From: Polyangiales bacterium
Lineage (GTDB): Bacteria > Myxococcota_A > Polyangia > Polyangiales > Houyiibacteriaceae
Reading direction: 5' to 3'
DNA: 64,000 nucleotides
Assembly: GCA_045106895.1 (NCBI GenBank)
Contig: JBGCFM010000049.1
Location: 1 to 64,000, forward strand
This document shows positions 37,031 to 47,237 of the stretch, piece after piece. A program made the translations under genes and the position numbers. Below the pieces are notes generated by a model. It ran no database searches. It saw nothing but the letters and a program-made list of their open reading frames with translations, and was not told the DNA's origin. Each line of letters opens with the position of its first letter. The first letter of the stretch is position 1.

Positions 37031-37537
37031 CTAGCTCTTGGCGCGTTTCAGCATGGAACGATGAAGCAGGCGGCGGCGAAGGACACCGAGCTTGTCGATC
37101 ATCAGCTTGCCGTCGAGGTGATCGTTTTCGTGCTGAAGGGCGATGGCGAGGAGCTCATCGGCTTCCACTTCAAAGGTCTCCCCATGACGGTCCTGGGCGC
37201 GGACCTTCACGGTCTCTGCGCGCTCGATCTCTTCCCGTGCGCCGGGAAAAGAAAGGCAGCCCTCGTCGAAGAGTGTGCTCCCGTTCTTCTCGATGAACTC
37301 GGGGTTGGCGAACACCCGAAGGTCGCTTGGCTCGTCCTCGCCGGCGGCGACATCGATGATGAACACGCGCAGAGCGACGCCAATTTGAGGCGCCGCCAGA
37401 CCCACACCGGGGGCTGCGTACATGGTCTCGGCCATGTCATCGATAAGCGTCTGGAACTCTGGACCAAAGTCCGCGACGGGCTCGCCGGGCGTTCGGAGCC
37501 GCTTGTCGGGGTAGTGAAGAATCGGGCGAATGGCCAT
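37031..37537 (-). CDS. def: Peptide deformylase
   Basis: GVGLAAPQIG, EGCLS, QHENDHLDG. Confidence 0.97.
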   Translation of the reverse strand: MAIRPILHYPDKRLRTPGEPVADFGPEFQTLIDDMAETMYAAPGVGLAAPQIGVALRVFIIDVAAGEDEPSDLRVFANPEFIEKNGSTLFDEGCLSFPGAREEIERAETVKVRAQDRHGETFEVEADELLAIALQHENDHLDGKLMIDKLGVLRRRLLHRSMLKRAKS

Positions 37538-37684
37538 GGGGGAGGATCTAGCGAGACACACCGCCATGGGCAACCCCCCACCTGACTGAAGCACGCTCTA
37601 CGAGTGGCAGACCCACGAAGCGACTCCGGCGATTGTGGATGCTGGCCCACCCGCAGAGTCGAGCGTGGTGGGCGGAGAAGCGCC

Positions 37685-39565
37685 CTAGGACGCGAGGCCG
37701 GCGATATACAACTTCCGCAGTCGCTCATGACGGAGGACTTCGAAGGCGTCTTCGATGGCTTCCACCGCTTCATCACGCGGTCCCTCGAGGTCTTCGAGCC
37801 CGAGGGACTCGAGATCGAGATGCGTGAGGGCCTTGATGAGGAGCTGGTGGGCTTCCTTCACTTGGCGGGAGGTGGCGTTTCGCGAGATGCCCAAGATGTC
37901 GAAGTAGTCGCCTTCGAGCGCGAGTGCATGAGCTCGCTCGATTCGCGAGCGTAGCGAGTCTGCGTTGGCCGTCGCTTTTTGGCCCGCCTCGAAACGAAGC
38001 GCCTCTGCTGAGGCGAGAGAGAAGAGGGCGCCGGCGGCTCCGGCCGTTGCCGCAACGCTGGAAAGGAGCTCCACGACGGGTCGTCCTGCAGCGGCTTCAA
38101 AGGCCGCGGCGAGCTCGGGCGGTAGCTCGACGGCGTTGGACATTTCGACGAAGTTCGGTGCCAGCCAGAGCGTCGAGGCGGGTTTGATCCCGAGCCAGCG
38201 AAGCGCGTCTCCTGCGCCGAGTTCTGCGCGCACACGTTCCGTGGCGATGACGATGAGCGGGCGGGCAAAAAGCCGCTTTGTCGCGGTGATGTTCGCTTCC
38301 GTGAGGACGAACCGAGACTCGTGCGCACGGCAAAGTTCACCAATGATCAACTCGCGTTCGACCCGCAAGCGCGCGTCTCGCTCGAAGGCGCTCAGCCGCC
38401 CCGCTTTCACCGCGTCGTCGAGGGCGGCTTGGGCCTCCTCTTCGGTGTGCGTCATCGCGCCGAGAAGCCCTTCGTTTCGAAGGGCCTCCGCGACTCGTGA
38501 GTTCGCCGGCCCGCGCATCTCAGCGACGCGCCCACGTTTGATCGAGAAGGTGACGGAGACACCACCCGCGACCTCGAGCCGTAGCTCGGTTCCACGGGTC
38601 TGGCGTAGTTGCCAGAACATTCGAAGGGCACCGCCTGCGGGCAGCATGCCTTCTTTCGTCAGGTCCGTGGCGACGGAGGGAGAGGTCAGCTCGCTCCCCG
38701 TAGAAGACACGAGGCTCATCGGCGGACGAACGGAGCCACTGACGGTATGCGGCGTCGCGTCTTTGGGGGCGCGGCGACCCGCGGCGGTATCCAGGAGATC
38801 AGGGGTGCCTACGAAGGTGAAGGCCTCCAGTGGGTCCGCGGCGTTTTGCACGTCGAGGGGCAGGGCAACTTCCGCCAGGAGTTCATCCGGCACCAGTTGA
38901 TGGGCATCTTCTTCGCCCACCGGAAAGCGCAGGTCGAGGGGGCTCTGGCCGGGAAAGAGGCGTCGGTCCGCAGCGCGCAGTAGCTCGTTGAGATGGGGGG
39001 AGAGCTGCAGGCCTTCCGACTCAAAGCGTGGACCTGCGCCTTCGGGTGCGTCGAGGGCGCCGGTGCTTGAGTGGCTTGCTTCGCCGGTCCGCATGGGCGG
39101 GGGGCTGGGTTCGGGGTCGACGCGAACGATGGCCGAGAGGATGTCTTCGCTGTCGCTCAGCTGGACCGTCAGCTCGCGCGCTTCCGGCGCATTCGGCGTT
39201 TCGTCGTCCTTCGGTGCGGGAGCGGTGAGCGTGGGGACGACGGCGGGCGACTCGAGGCCAAGAGCTTCACGAATCGTGCGCAGCAATCGGGCGATGGGCA
39301 CCGGGCGCTCATAGAACGAGTGGGGCTCAAGGCGCTCGAGGTCCGTCGGCGTGAGCGGATCCCAGCCAACGATGATCAGTACGCCGGAATACCCAGTTGT
39401 GATCTTCTCGAGTTCGGCGTGGTTTCGATCGATGATGAGAACGTCCGCGTCTGGCGCCTCACCCTCCTCGGATTCGATGACCTCCATCCCCGCGTCGCTC
39501 AAAGCGCGCGTGATCCAGCTACCTTCTGGCCCCGAAAGGCGTAGGTCGATGGTGGTGGTGCTCAC
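37685..39565 (-). CDS. Degenerate receiver + DUF4388-like + C-terminal J-like domain protein
   Basis: N-terminal REC-like fold. C-terminal DYFDILGISRNATSRQVKEAH...AFEVL...RKLY, without HPD. Confidence 0.65.
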   Translation of the reverse strand: MSTTTIDLRLSGPEGSWITRALSDAGMEVIESEEGEAPDADVLIIDRNHAELEKITTGYSGVLIIVGWDPLTPTDLERLEPHSFYERPVPIARLLRTIREALGLESPAVVPTLTAPAPKDDETPNAPEARELTVQLSDSEDILSAIVRVDPEPSPPPMRTGEASHSSTGALDAPEGAGPRFESEGLQLSPHLNELLRAADRRLFPGQSPLDLRFPVGEEDAHQLVPDELLAEVALPLDVQNAADPLEAFTFVGTPDLLDTAAGRRAPKDATPHTVSGSVRPPMSLVSSTGSELTSPSVATDLTKEGMLPAGGALRMFWQLRQTRGTELRLEVAGGVSVTFSIKRGRVAEMRGPANSRVAEALRNEGLLGAMTHTEEEAQAALDDAVKAGRLSAFERDARLRVERELIIGELCRAHESRFVLTEANITATKRLFARPLIVIATERVRAELGAGDALRWLGIKPASTLWLAPNFVEMSNAVELPPELAAAFEAAAGRPVVELLSSVAATAGAAGALFSLASAEALRFEAGQKATANADSLRSRIERAHALALEGDYFDILGISRNATSRQVKEAHQLLIKALTHLDLESLGLEDLEGPRDEAVEAIEDAFEVLRHERLRKLYIAGLAS

Positions 39566-39673
39566 TCCGCCAGCATACCTGTCCGCCCGGCGGCGTTCCG
39601 CTTAAAACGAGCGCACATGTGCGAAAGCGTGAAAGCACCTCGTCGGACGCAAACGTGCGATTTGATTCACTTC

Positions 39674-41929
39674 CTAGAGCATCGACACGGGATCGATGTC
39701 GAGGGAAGCGCGAACCGTCGAGCGCGAAATGTCGTCGATGGCTCTCGCGACGGCGGCGCTGACGGCACGCAGGGCGCGGCGGTCCTCGCTGCGAAGAAAG
39801 AAGCGGTATCGAAAGCGGCCACGAATTCGCGCAATAGGCGCTGGAACTGGGCCTTGGAGTAGAACGCGCATGTCTTTGCAGGCGGGATGAGAGCGGGCGA
39901 CGCCGGCGAGCGAGTTGATGACACTCGAGACCTTCTCTTCGCTCGGCGCGTCGGCGCGCACCGCCGCCATCCAACCGTAGGGCGGGTAGCTCAGCTCCTC
40001 GCGCGCGCGGATCTCTGCTTGATAGAACGCGTCATAGTCATGACCCGCGGCCGCTCGAATGGCGAAGTGCTCTGGGTCGTAGGTTTGAAACATGACGGTG
40101 CCCGACTTCTCTCCCCGGCCCGCGCGCCCTGCGACCTGCGCCAAGAGCTGGAAGGTGCGCTCCGTGGCACGAAAGTCCGGAAAGCCGAGGGCCTGGTCCG
40201 CGGAGATCACGCCGACGAGAGTCACCCCTGGTATGTCGTGGCCCTTGGTGACCATCTGAGTGCCAACGAGGAGATCGACCTCGCGATCGCGGAGACGCCG
40301 CAGGACTTCTTCAACGCCGCGACCCGAAGCGACGTCGCGATCGAGGCGAGCCACCCGTGCCGGTGCAAACAGCTCAGCGAGGGAGTCTTCGAGCTGTTCT
40401 GTGCCGAGGCCAATGTGCCCAAGTTCGGTGCTCCCGCACTCGGTGCATGCGTCTGGGACTGAGCGCTCGAAGTCGCAATAGTGGCAGCGCAGCCGGGAGG
40501 CGCGCCGGTGTTCGGTGAGCGCGACGGAGCAGGAAGGGCACTCAAATTGCTGGCCGCAGCCAAGGCAGCGAACGGAAGGGGCGAAGCCTCGGCGGTTCAA
40601 AAAGAGAATCGCTTGATCCCCTGCTTCGAGACACGTGCGAATGCTCTCCTCAAGCGGCCCGCTGAGCTGCGGGTGGCGACCCGGGCGGGCCTTGGTGCGC
40701 CTGAGGTCCAAAATCTCAACCGCCGGCATGGTCTGTCCCGTCGCGCGCGCCGGCAGCGAAAGTAGTGTGGCGGCTCCAGAGTCACTTCGGTGGAAGGCCT
40801 CGATGGAGGGAGTGGCGCTTCCGAGCACTACGGTGGCTCCGGCTCGATGGCCCCGAAGGAGCGCCATGTCCCGGGCCTGGTAGCGAAAGCCTTCTTCTTG
40901 TTTGAAGGATGGGTCGTGCTCCTCATCCACGACGATGAGGCCTAGGTTGGGCACAGGCGCGAAGAGCGCCGAGCGAGCGCCGATGGCGATGTCCACATCC
41001 CCGGCCCGAAGACGACGCCAAGCGTCGTCGCGCTCGCGGGGACTCAGTGCGCTGTGGAGGACGGCGATATCGTCGCCAAAGCGCGCGCGAAAGCGGGAGA
41101 CCAGCTGAGGCGTGAGGGCGATTTCGGGGACGAGGAGAAGTGAACCGCGCTTCTGTTTGCGCGCCGTATCGATGGCGTGGAGGTACACCTCGGTCTTTCC
41201 GCTGCCCGTGACGCCGTGAAGAAGAAACTGCCCGCCGGTCCCGATGGTCTTGACGATGGCGTCGACGGCAAAACGCTGTGCTTCGTTCAGCGTCGGTGGT
41301 GTGTCACGTTCGATGGGCGCCGAAAAGAGTCCGCCACGGACGACACGTTCCTCGCTCGTGACGAGCCCTTTTTCTTGGAGTCCTCGCACGATGGTTCTGG
41401 CGCGCTTGTCCAGCGCACGAAGTTCGCTGAGAGGCGTTTCGACGCCCGGAAGAATGGCGCTGAGCAGTCGCACTTGCGCAGCGCCGAGTCGTACGTCCTC
41501 GGGCAAGGTCTCGACACGGCGGATGAAAAGCTCACGTCGTTCCGCGATGCTGGTGCCGAGACTCTCGTCGTCTGTGAGGAACCCGCCTTTCTTGAGTTTG
41601 CGCAGCGCGCCTTTGGGAACCGCGGGGGCAGCTGCCCGGAGGACTTCGCCGAGGGGGTGAAAGTAGTATCGCGCGGCTTCGTCGAGGAAGTGGAGGAGCT
41701 CGCTCGGGAAAATCGGCTCGGCTTCGAGGAGTCCAGAGATGTTCACGAGACGCGTTACGCCTTCGGGAGGCGAGTCCCGGAGTCGCATGACGATGCCAGC
41801 CACTTTGCGCCGCTGGAACGCGACGGCGACACGCGAGCCCGGCTTGACCCGGTCCAGGAGCGTTTCGGGGATGCGGTAGGTAAAGAGGCGACGAAGAGGT
41901 ACAGGGATCGCCACCTCGGCAAACTTCAT
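39674..41929 (-). CDS. priA: Primosomal protein N' (replication restart helicase)
   Basis: GVTGSGKTEVY, LVPEIALTPQ, DEEH, SATPS, four CxxC motifs, QVAGRAGR. ATG 41929 overlaps the upstream stop. Confidence 0.97.
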   Translation of the reverse strand: MKFAEVAIPVPLRRLFTYRIPETLLDRVKPGSRVAVAFQRRKVAGIVMRLRDSPPEGVTRLVNISGLLEAEPIFPSELLHFLDEAARYYFHPLGEVLRAAAPAVPKGALRKLKKGGFLTDDESLGTSIAERRELFIRRVETLPEDVRLGAAQVRLLSAILPGVETPLSELRALDKRARTIVRGLQEKGLVTSEERVVRGGLFSAPIERDTPPTLNEAQRFAVDAIVKTIGTGGQFLLHGVTGSGKTEVYLHAIDTARKQKRGSLLLVPEIALTPQLVSRFRARFGDDIAVLHSALSPRERDDAWRRLRAGDVDIAIGARSALFAPVPNLGLIVVDEEHDPSFKQEEGFRYQARDMALLRGHRAGATVVLGSATPSIEAFHRSDSGAATLLSLPARATGQTMPAVEILDLRRTKARPGRHPQLSGPLEESIRTCLEAGDQAILFLNRRGFAPSVRCLGCGQQFECPSCSVALTEHRRASRLRCHYCDFERSVPDACTECGSTELGHIGLGTEQLEDSLAELFAPARVARLDRDVASGRGVEEVLRRLRDREVDLLVGTQMVTKGHDIPGVTLVGVISADQALGFPDFRATERTFQLLAQVAGRAGRGEKSGTVMFQTYDPEHFAIRAAAGHDYDAFYQAEIRAREELSYPPYGWMAAVRADAPSEEKVSSVINSLAGVARSHPACKDMRVLLQGPVPAPIARIRGRFRYRFFLRSEDRRALRAVSAAVARAIDDISRSTVRASLDIDPVSML

Positions 41930-42279
41930 CTCCGGCATCGAAGCCATGTTGCGGCGAGGGAGTCACCAAGTCGAGCCGCGTGCTTCATGCGGGCTCGTCC
42001 TTCTTCAAAACGGCCGAGAAGAAAGAGCGCACGGGCGCTTGTGCGGGTGGCGGCGGCGTCACGGGGCGCGACGTGCATCCAGGCTTCTGCGGCGACGAGG
42101 GCGCGGGGGCCGTCTCCACGAGCGCAGGCGACTTCCGCGGCATGGCGTGCGGACCAGACGTCATGAGGGTCGAGGGCTGTGAGGCCGTCGAGGAGCACTT
42201 GGGCGGTGTCGAGGCGACCCCCGCGCACGGAGGTGAGTGCTAGCGCGCGGAGTTCGTCGTGCTCGTGCCGGTCGATCAC
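41926..42279 (-). CDS. TPR protein, SctY (YscY)-like chaperone candidate
   Basis: TPR pattern AQVLLDGLTALDP...ARALFLLGRFEEG. Coupled by 4-nt overlaps at both ends. Confidence 0.6.
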   Translation of the reverse strand: MIDRHEHDELRALALTSVRGGRLDTAQVLLDGLTALDPHDVWSARHAAEVACARGDGPRALVAAEAWMHVAPRDAAATRTSARALFLLGRFEEGRARMKHAARLGDSLAATWLRCRR

Positions 42280-42587
42280 GCCGGCGCTCCGGTGGCGCGA
42301 TGCGAGTTGACCTCGGCGCGGAGTCGCCGGAGCTGGTCGGCGCAGGAGACCATGGCGGAGACGCGGGCTTCGCTCGTCGCGTTGAGGGGAAGCGGCTGAA
42401 CCGTCACTCTCGCGCGAGGTGTCGCTACTGGCGCCGGGAGCGGCGGCGAGAGCGCTTGGTGGACAGCTCGCTCCGGAGCCAGCTGCCCAGGAGATTCGCG
42501 GCGCGGCGATTCAGCCGAGCGCGCGATGGAAGTCGCGATGCGCGCAGGGGCTAGCGCGCGCGATGGCCGAGATGATGGAAGCCTCAT
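42276..42587 (-). CDS. Small hypothetical protein, SctX (YscX)-like candidate
   Basis: ATGA overlap with sctU stop. Disordered N-terminus and helical C-terminus QLRRLRAEVNSHRATG. Confidence 0.45.
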   Translation of the reverse strand: MRLPSSRPSRALAPARIATSIARSAESPRRESPGQLAPERAVHQALSPPLPAPVATPRARVTVQPLPLNATSEARVSAMVSCADQLRRLRAEVNSHRATGAPA

Positions 42588-43627
42588 TGTGACTCCGCCG
42601 ATTCGGCCCACGCGGCGCGCAGGACCGCAGCCACGGCTTCATAGAGGGCTTCGGGGACTTCGTCGCCGCGGCCAAGTTCGTACAAGGAACGGGCCAAGGG
42701 GACGTCGCGCATAATGGGGACTCCGGACTGGCGCGCCGCCTCGATCATGCGCGCCGCGACGTGTTCTTCGCCCTTGGCGATGACGAGGGGGGCCTCCGAC
42801 GCTTCTTCGTCGTAGCGAAGAGCGACGGCGAGGTGCGTCGGGTTCACCACGAGCACATCCGCTTTGCGAACGCTTTCGACGGCGTTGTGCTCGAGGATCT
42901 CGCGTCGCATACGTTCGCGCTCGGCGCGGGTTGTGGGGTCGCCTTCGGCGTCTTTGTACTCACGCTTGACCTCGTCCTTGCTCATCTTCTGGTCGCGTTT
43001 GTGTTGCCAGCGCTGAAAGAAGAGGTCGAGGATGCCCAGCGCCAGCATTCCACCGCCAACGCGGAAGAGCAGCCGACCGCCGAGGGACGAGGTGACAGGC
43101 AAGAGGAATGCCGGCGAGCGTCCGCTGAGGTCGGCGACGGCGCGGGTTCCGTCGACGAGCACATCCCAGGTGAGATAGCCAATGAAGAGCATCTTCAGGA
43201 GAGTCTTGAGCAACTCGACGAGCTGCTTGCGCGTGAAGAGGTTTCCGATGCCTTTGATGACGTTGAGTTTTTCGAACTTCGGTTCGACGGCCTTGAACGA
43301 CAGGAGAGGGCCGACCTGGAGGAAAGAAGCGAGCGCCGCCGCCGCCGTCGCCCCAAGGACGATGGGCATCGCCGCGCTGACGCCCTGTGATGCGCCAAAC
43401 TCGAGGACCGTCGCTGGGGCCGTGGAAGGAGCAGCCGCAAGGCGAAGGCATGTGCTCATCATGTTCTTGAGCGTCGCAACGAGACCCTCGCCTGACGCGC
43501 TCAGAGCGCCACCACAGACCAAAAGGATCGCCGCCGTCGTCAGGTCCCGGCTCTTGGGGACCTGGCCTTTCTCTCTGGCCTCGCGAAGCCGCTTGGGAGA
43601 GGCATCTTCGGTTTTCTCGGAGCTCAA
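42584..43627 (-). CDS. sctU: EscU/YscU/HrcU/FlhB family type III export apparatus switch protein
   Basis: EKTEDASPKRLREAREKGQVPKS, 4 TM segments, KMSKDEVKREYKDAEGDP, autocleavage NPTH, PLARSL. Confidence 0.9.
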   Translation of the reverse strand: MSSEKTEDASPKRLREAREKGQVPKSRDLTTAAILLVCGGALSASGEGLVATLKNMMSTCLRLAAAPSTAPATVLEFGASQGVSAAMPIVLGATAAAALASFLQVGPLLSFKAVEPKFEKLNVIKGIGNLFTRKQLVELLKTLLKMLFIGYLTWDVLVDGTRAVADLSGRSPAFLLPVTSSLGGRLLFRVGGGMLALGILDLFFQRWQHKRDQKMSKDEVKREYKDAEGDPTTRAERERMRREILEHNAVESVRKADVLVVNPTHLAVALRYDEEASEAPLVIAKGEEHVAARMIEAARQSGVPIMRDVPLARSLYELGRGDEVPEALYEAVAAVLRAAWAESAESQ

Positions 43628-43699
43628 GCATGGGAGCTTATCAGCTCAACGTGACGCTCGTTTCGTACCTTTTTCAATGGGGCGCGAAATGCGCAGAAC

Positions 43700-44791
43700 T
43701 CAAGTGTTTTGAGGTTTCTTCGCGACGCCGGCTTTCCGGCGCGGGATGAGCGTTCCGTCGGCGCGAAACCGGCCGCGGACTCGGGCTGGATCTCGTGAAA
43801 ATACGGAGAAGGGCGCGGCACCAAGGGCGTCAAAACGAAGGGCGCCGGCGTAGGCGATCATCGCAGCGTTGTCTGTGCAGGCGGCGATGGGCGGCACATG
43901 AACCTGAACGCCCGCGGGTTTGGCGAGCTCAAGGACGCGGGCTCGAAGACCACGGTTCGCCGCGACGCCGCCGCCGAGGACGAGCTGCTTCACGCCTTCG
44001 GCTTTGCACGCGCGAATCGACTTACGCGCCAGGACTTCGACGAGTGAGCGCTGAAAGGAAGCGGCGATATTGGCGGTGGCCTCGTTGTCTCGGGCCTGGT
44101 GCGCAGCGACATGGCGGGCGACGGCGGTCTTGAGCCCGCTGAAGCTGAAGTCGTGGTCTTTGCGATGAAGCATCGGCGTCGGGAAGTCGTGAGCGTCGGC
44201 GTTGCCCTGGGCGGCGAGCCGATCGATGACGGGGCCCCCTGGGTACCCAAGTCCCATGAGTTTGGCGACCTTGTCGAAGGCTTCTCCGGCCGCATCGTCT
44301 CGCGTCTGGCCGAGCACACTTCGCGTGAGCGGATCGTCGACGCGGTAGAGCGCGGTGTGGCCGCCGCTGACGAGAAGCGCGACGAAGGGATAGGAAGGCG
44401 CAGTGGTTTCTGCTTCGTCGAACTTGAGGTTCGCCGCCAGGAGGTGTCCGTCGAGGTGATTGACCCCGACGAGAGGCAGCGAGCGCGCCATCGCGAAGGC
44501 GCGCGCGCTCTGAATCCCAACGAGGAGCGCGCCGACGAGGCCCGGACCACAGGTGACTGCGACGGCGTCGATGTGTTTGTCGGCGTCACGCAGAGCGGAC
44601 TCAAGGACCGGGACGATGCTCGTGAGGTGCGCGCGGGAGGCGAGCTCTGGAACGACACCGCCGTAGGGGGCGTGTGTGGCGATCTGACTGGCCACGACGT
44701 TCGAGTATACCCGACCTTCGGTGTCGACGACGGCCGCTGCGGTCTCGTCACACGACGACTCGATGCCCAATACCGTGGTCGGCGGAGCCAC
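43700..44791 (-). CDS. tsaD: tRNA N6-adenosine threonylcarbamoyltransferase
   Basis: LGIESSCDET, GGVVPELASRAH, HLDGH, VSGGHT, DDAAGEAFDK, CTDNAAMI. Confidence 0.97.
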   Translation of the reverse strand: MAPPTTVLGIESSCDETAAAVVDTEGRVYSNVVASQIATHAPYGGVVPELASRAHLTSIVPVLESALRDADKHIDAVAVTCGPGLVGALLVGIQSARAFAMARSLPLVGVNHLDGHLLAANLKFDEAETTAPSYPFVALLVSGGHTALYRVDDPLTRSVLGQTRDDAAGEAFDKVAKLMGLGYPGGPVIDRLAAQGNADAHDFPTPMLHRKDHDFSFSGLKTAVARHVAAHQARDNEATANIAASFQRSLVEVLARKSIRACKAEGVKQLVLGGGVAANRGLRARVLELAKPAGVQVHVPPIAACTDNAAMIAYAGALRFDALGAAPFSVFSRDPARVRGRFRADGTLIPRRKAGVAKKPQNT

Positions 44792-45330
44792 TAGAGCGCC
44801 TCTTTTTCGACGAGGAACACTCCGAAAATATCGCAGTCTCCCCGGTTGAACGCGTCGCAGTCTGTGGGCGCGCAGGCGCGAGCCCCGCTGCCGGCGAGGA
44901 GGCGTAGTTCAATGTTCCCATCGTCTCTCAGCGAGAGAAATGCGGTGATGTCGCGATTCTGCATGGGGCCGTCGGTGGGGCGTACGGCGAAGATGTAGTT
45001 CTGCAGCCGCGCTCCCGGAAACTCGAAGAGGCTCAGTTCATCGTGAGCCATGGGGGTCACTGGCAAGAGCGGGTCGCCCGTGAAGAACCGACCACAGGCG
45101 CTCTCGCTGCTCGTGATGGAGCCGGGGCGCGTTGCGCTGTCGGCGGGGTCGAAGTCGAGCTCAAGCTGAAGGCCTGCTGGGAAGCCTCGGCGAACGATCG
45201 AACACGGCTCGCTCTCGCAGAGCGGGTCCGCGGCCCCGAGAACCGCGCCACGGTAGATTTCGTCGTCTGCCGTGGCGAACTCACCCAGCCCAGAGCAGGC
45301 GAGGAGCAAGAGGAGAGGCAGGCAGCGCAT
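44791..45330 (-). CDS. Hypothetical lipoprotein
   Basis: MRCLPLLLLLAC lipobox. Stop abuts the tsaD start. Confidence 0.65.
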   Translation of the reverse strand: MRCLPLLLLLACSGLGEFATADDEIYRGAVLGAADPLCESEPCSIVRRGFPAGLQLELDFDPADSATRPGSITSSESACGRFFTGDPLLPVTPMAHDELSLFEFPGARLQNYIFAVRPTDGPMQNRDITAFLSLRDDGNIELRLLAGSGARACAPTDCDAFNRGDCDIFGVFLVEKEAL

Positions 45331-45386
45331 CTACGAAGCGTATAGCTCCGCTTCGTAGAGTCAAACGCGGCCAGCTTCGAAGGAGC

Positions 45387-47237
45387 TCAGCGCCGTCGTC
45401 GGCGGAAGAGGGCCAAGCCCATAAGGCTGAGGAGCGACCACGCGCCGGCGGCGCTGCCGGGGCCAGCTGAACACCCACCACCGTCTTCATCGAATGGCAC
45501 GGTGGTCGGCATCTCTTCGGTGCCCGTGCTTCCGGGACGCACACACACCGCGGACTCGCCGACACGCTGGCACTGGAAGCCCGCGGAACACGCGATCTCT
45601 GCGTCGCAGAAACGCGAGCACACCGAACCGTTGCTCGTGTTGTTGATGCAAAGACCCGAGATGCACTCTTCGTTCACTTCGCAGGAATCGCCGACAAGGC
45701 CGTTGGCAGGGGTGCAGATGTTCTGCTCACCCGCGGAAGTGCAGCTGAAGCCAAGGGGACAGTCTTCGATGCCATCACAGAATGTTGTGCACCAAGAGCG
45801 GTCTCCTTGGCTCGCGCAGAAGCCGTCTGCGCAGTCTTCGTTTTCGATGCACCCGCCGCCGACACCTTCAGCGACACCAGGAATGCACTGACCGGAGCGG
45901 CAGTGGAAGCCTTCATCGCAGTCGCCTGGCATCGCGCAGGCATCGGAGCAGAAGCGAACGCCATCGTCGTTCATGCAGGTGCCGCTCAGGCAGTCTGCGT
46001 CTGCGGTACAAGGTTCACCGGGGTCGCGTGGTGGCGCCACAAAGCGGGCCTCGACGCATGCGCCGCAGGAGTTGTCGTTGGCGAAACAAACCTCTCCGGC
46101 GAAGCAGCCGTTCGCGCCATCCATGCAGGGGCTCTGACATCGCTGCGTTGCTTCGCCGACGGCGGCGCAGAGTCCGCTCGCGCACTGTCCAGACGCAGAG
46201 CATTCGGCGCCGAGGGCTAGCTCTTCGTCCGTGCGGGGGGCGCAGACGCCGTCACAGCCGCCGGCGTTCTGACAAAAGAACCCAGGAGGGCAACCGAAGT
46301 CGGTGCGAAGAGGGTCACAGGTCTGTGTGCAGACGACACCCACTTCGGTTTCGCCGCACAGACCGGAAGAGCACTCGGAGCTATCAGCGCAGGCGGTTCC
46401 GAAGGCGGTGCAGCCTTCGTCCACGGTGCCATCGCAGTTGTCGTCGGCGCCGTTGCAGATCTCTTCGCTCGGAAGGCAGCCACCCGTTGATTCGATGGCG
46501 GCCTCGATGAACTCCTGGAACTGCGCGATGCCGTTGTAGACGCCGGGAGCGCCACAACGTGGACCATTTGTTCGAGGGTCGATGTCGTCGCGCGTGCGAG
46601 CGTAGATGTAGCTGGCGACGCCGTAGATCGAGCCATCGGCGCCGATGATGGGCCCGCCGCTATCTCCGGAACACACAGAGCCTTCCACGTAGATGAGTCC
46701 CGAGTCGGTGCCTTCCACCGACTTCTCCGTGCGCATCTTCGTTCCGCTGCTGCCAGCAGGCGTCTGCCCGTAGCCGATGGCGGTGAAGGTCGTCAGTCCT
46801 CGGGCGCTCCCGAACTCGACGGCGCGCGGGGTTTCCGCAGCGGGCGCGGGCAAGATGAGCAGCGCCACGTCCGATGCGTCACGGGAGTTGATGTTCCAGG
46901 AGCCTGGCGCTGGAAGCACTTCGCTCACGAGGTACTGCGCGCGTGGACGTCGGGAGTCCCCGCCCACAAAGAGCCTGAAGTTCGAGGCGTCCGCTGCCTG
47001 AGCGGCGTTCCCAAGCTGTACGCAGTGCTTCGCCGTGAGAACAACACGGGGCGAGATGAGCGTCGCCGTACACGCCGAACCGACAGACGCGTTGTAGAGG
47101 AACATGACCTCCGGATAGCCCTCCTCGCGAACGCCATCGACGATCTCCGATTCGAGGGAGCTGAACTGTGGACCATCCGCGGCACACGAGAGGGTCAGGG
47201 CACCGAGGACTGCGACGGCAAGGCGAAGGGAACGCAT
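45387..47237 (-). CDS. S1 (trypsin-fold) serine protease with Cys-rich repeats and MYXO-CTERM tail
   Basis: Lipobox TLSC, IVDG, LTAKHC, DVALL, GDSGGP, EICNGADDNCDG, tail GGCSAG...LALFRRRRR. Confidence 0.9.
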   Translation of the reverse strand: MRSLRLAVAVLGALTLSCAADGPQFSSLESEIVDGVREEGYPEVMFLYNASVGSACTATLISPRVVLTAKHCVQLGNAAQAADASNFRLFVGGDSRRPRAQYLVSEVLPAPGSWNINSRDASDVALLILPAPAAETPRAVEFGSARGLTTFTAIGYGQTPAGSSGTKMRTEKSVEGTDSGLIYVEGSVCSGDSGGPIIGADGSIYGVASYIYARTRDDIDPRTNGPRCGAPGVYNGIAQFQEFIEAAIESTGGCLPSEEICNGADDNCDGTVDEGCTAFGTACADSSECSSGLCGETEVGVVCTQTCDPLRTDFGCPPGFFCQNAGGCDGVCAPRTDEELALGAECSASGQCASGLCAAVGEATQRCQSPCMDGANGCFAGEVCFANDNSCGACVEARFVAPPRDPGEPCTADADCLSGTCMNDDGVRFCSDACAMPGDCDEGFHCRSGQCIPGVAEGVGGGCIENEDCADGFCASQGDRSWCTTFCDGIEDCPLGFSCTSAGEQNICTPANGLVGDSCEVNEECISGLCINNTSNGSVCSRFCDAEIACSAGFQCQRVGESAVCVRPGSTGTEEMPTTVPFDEDGGGCSAGPGSAAGAWSLLSLMGLALFRRRRR

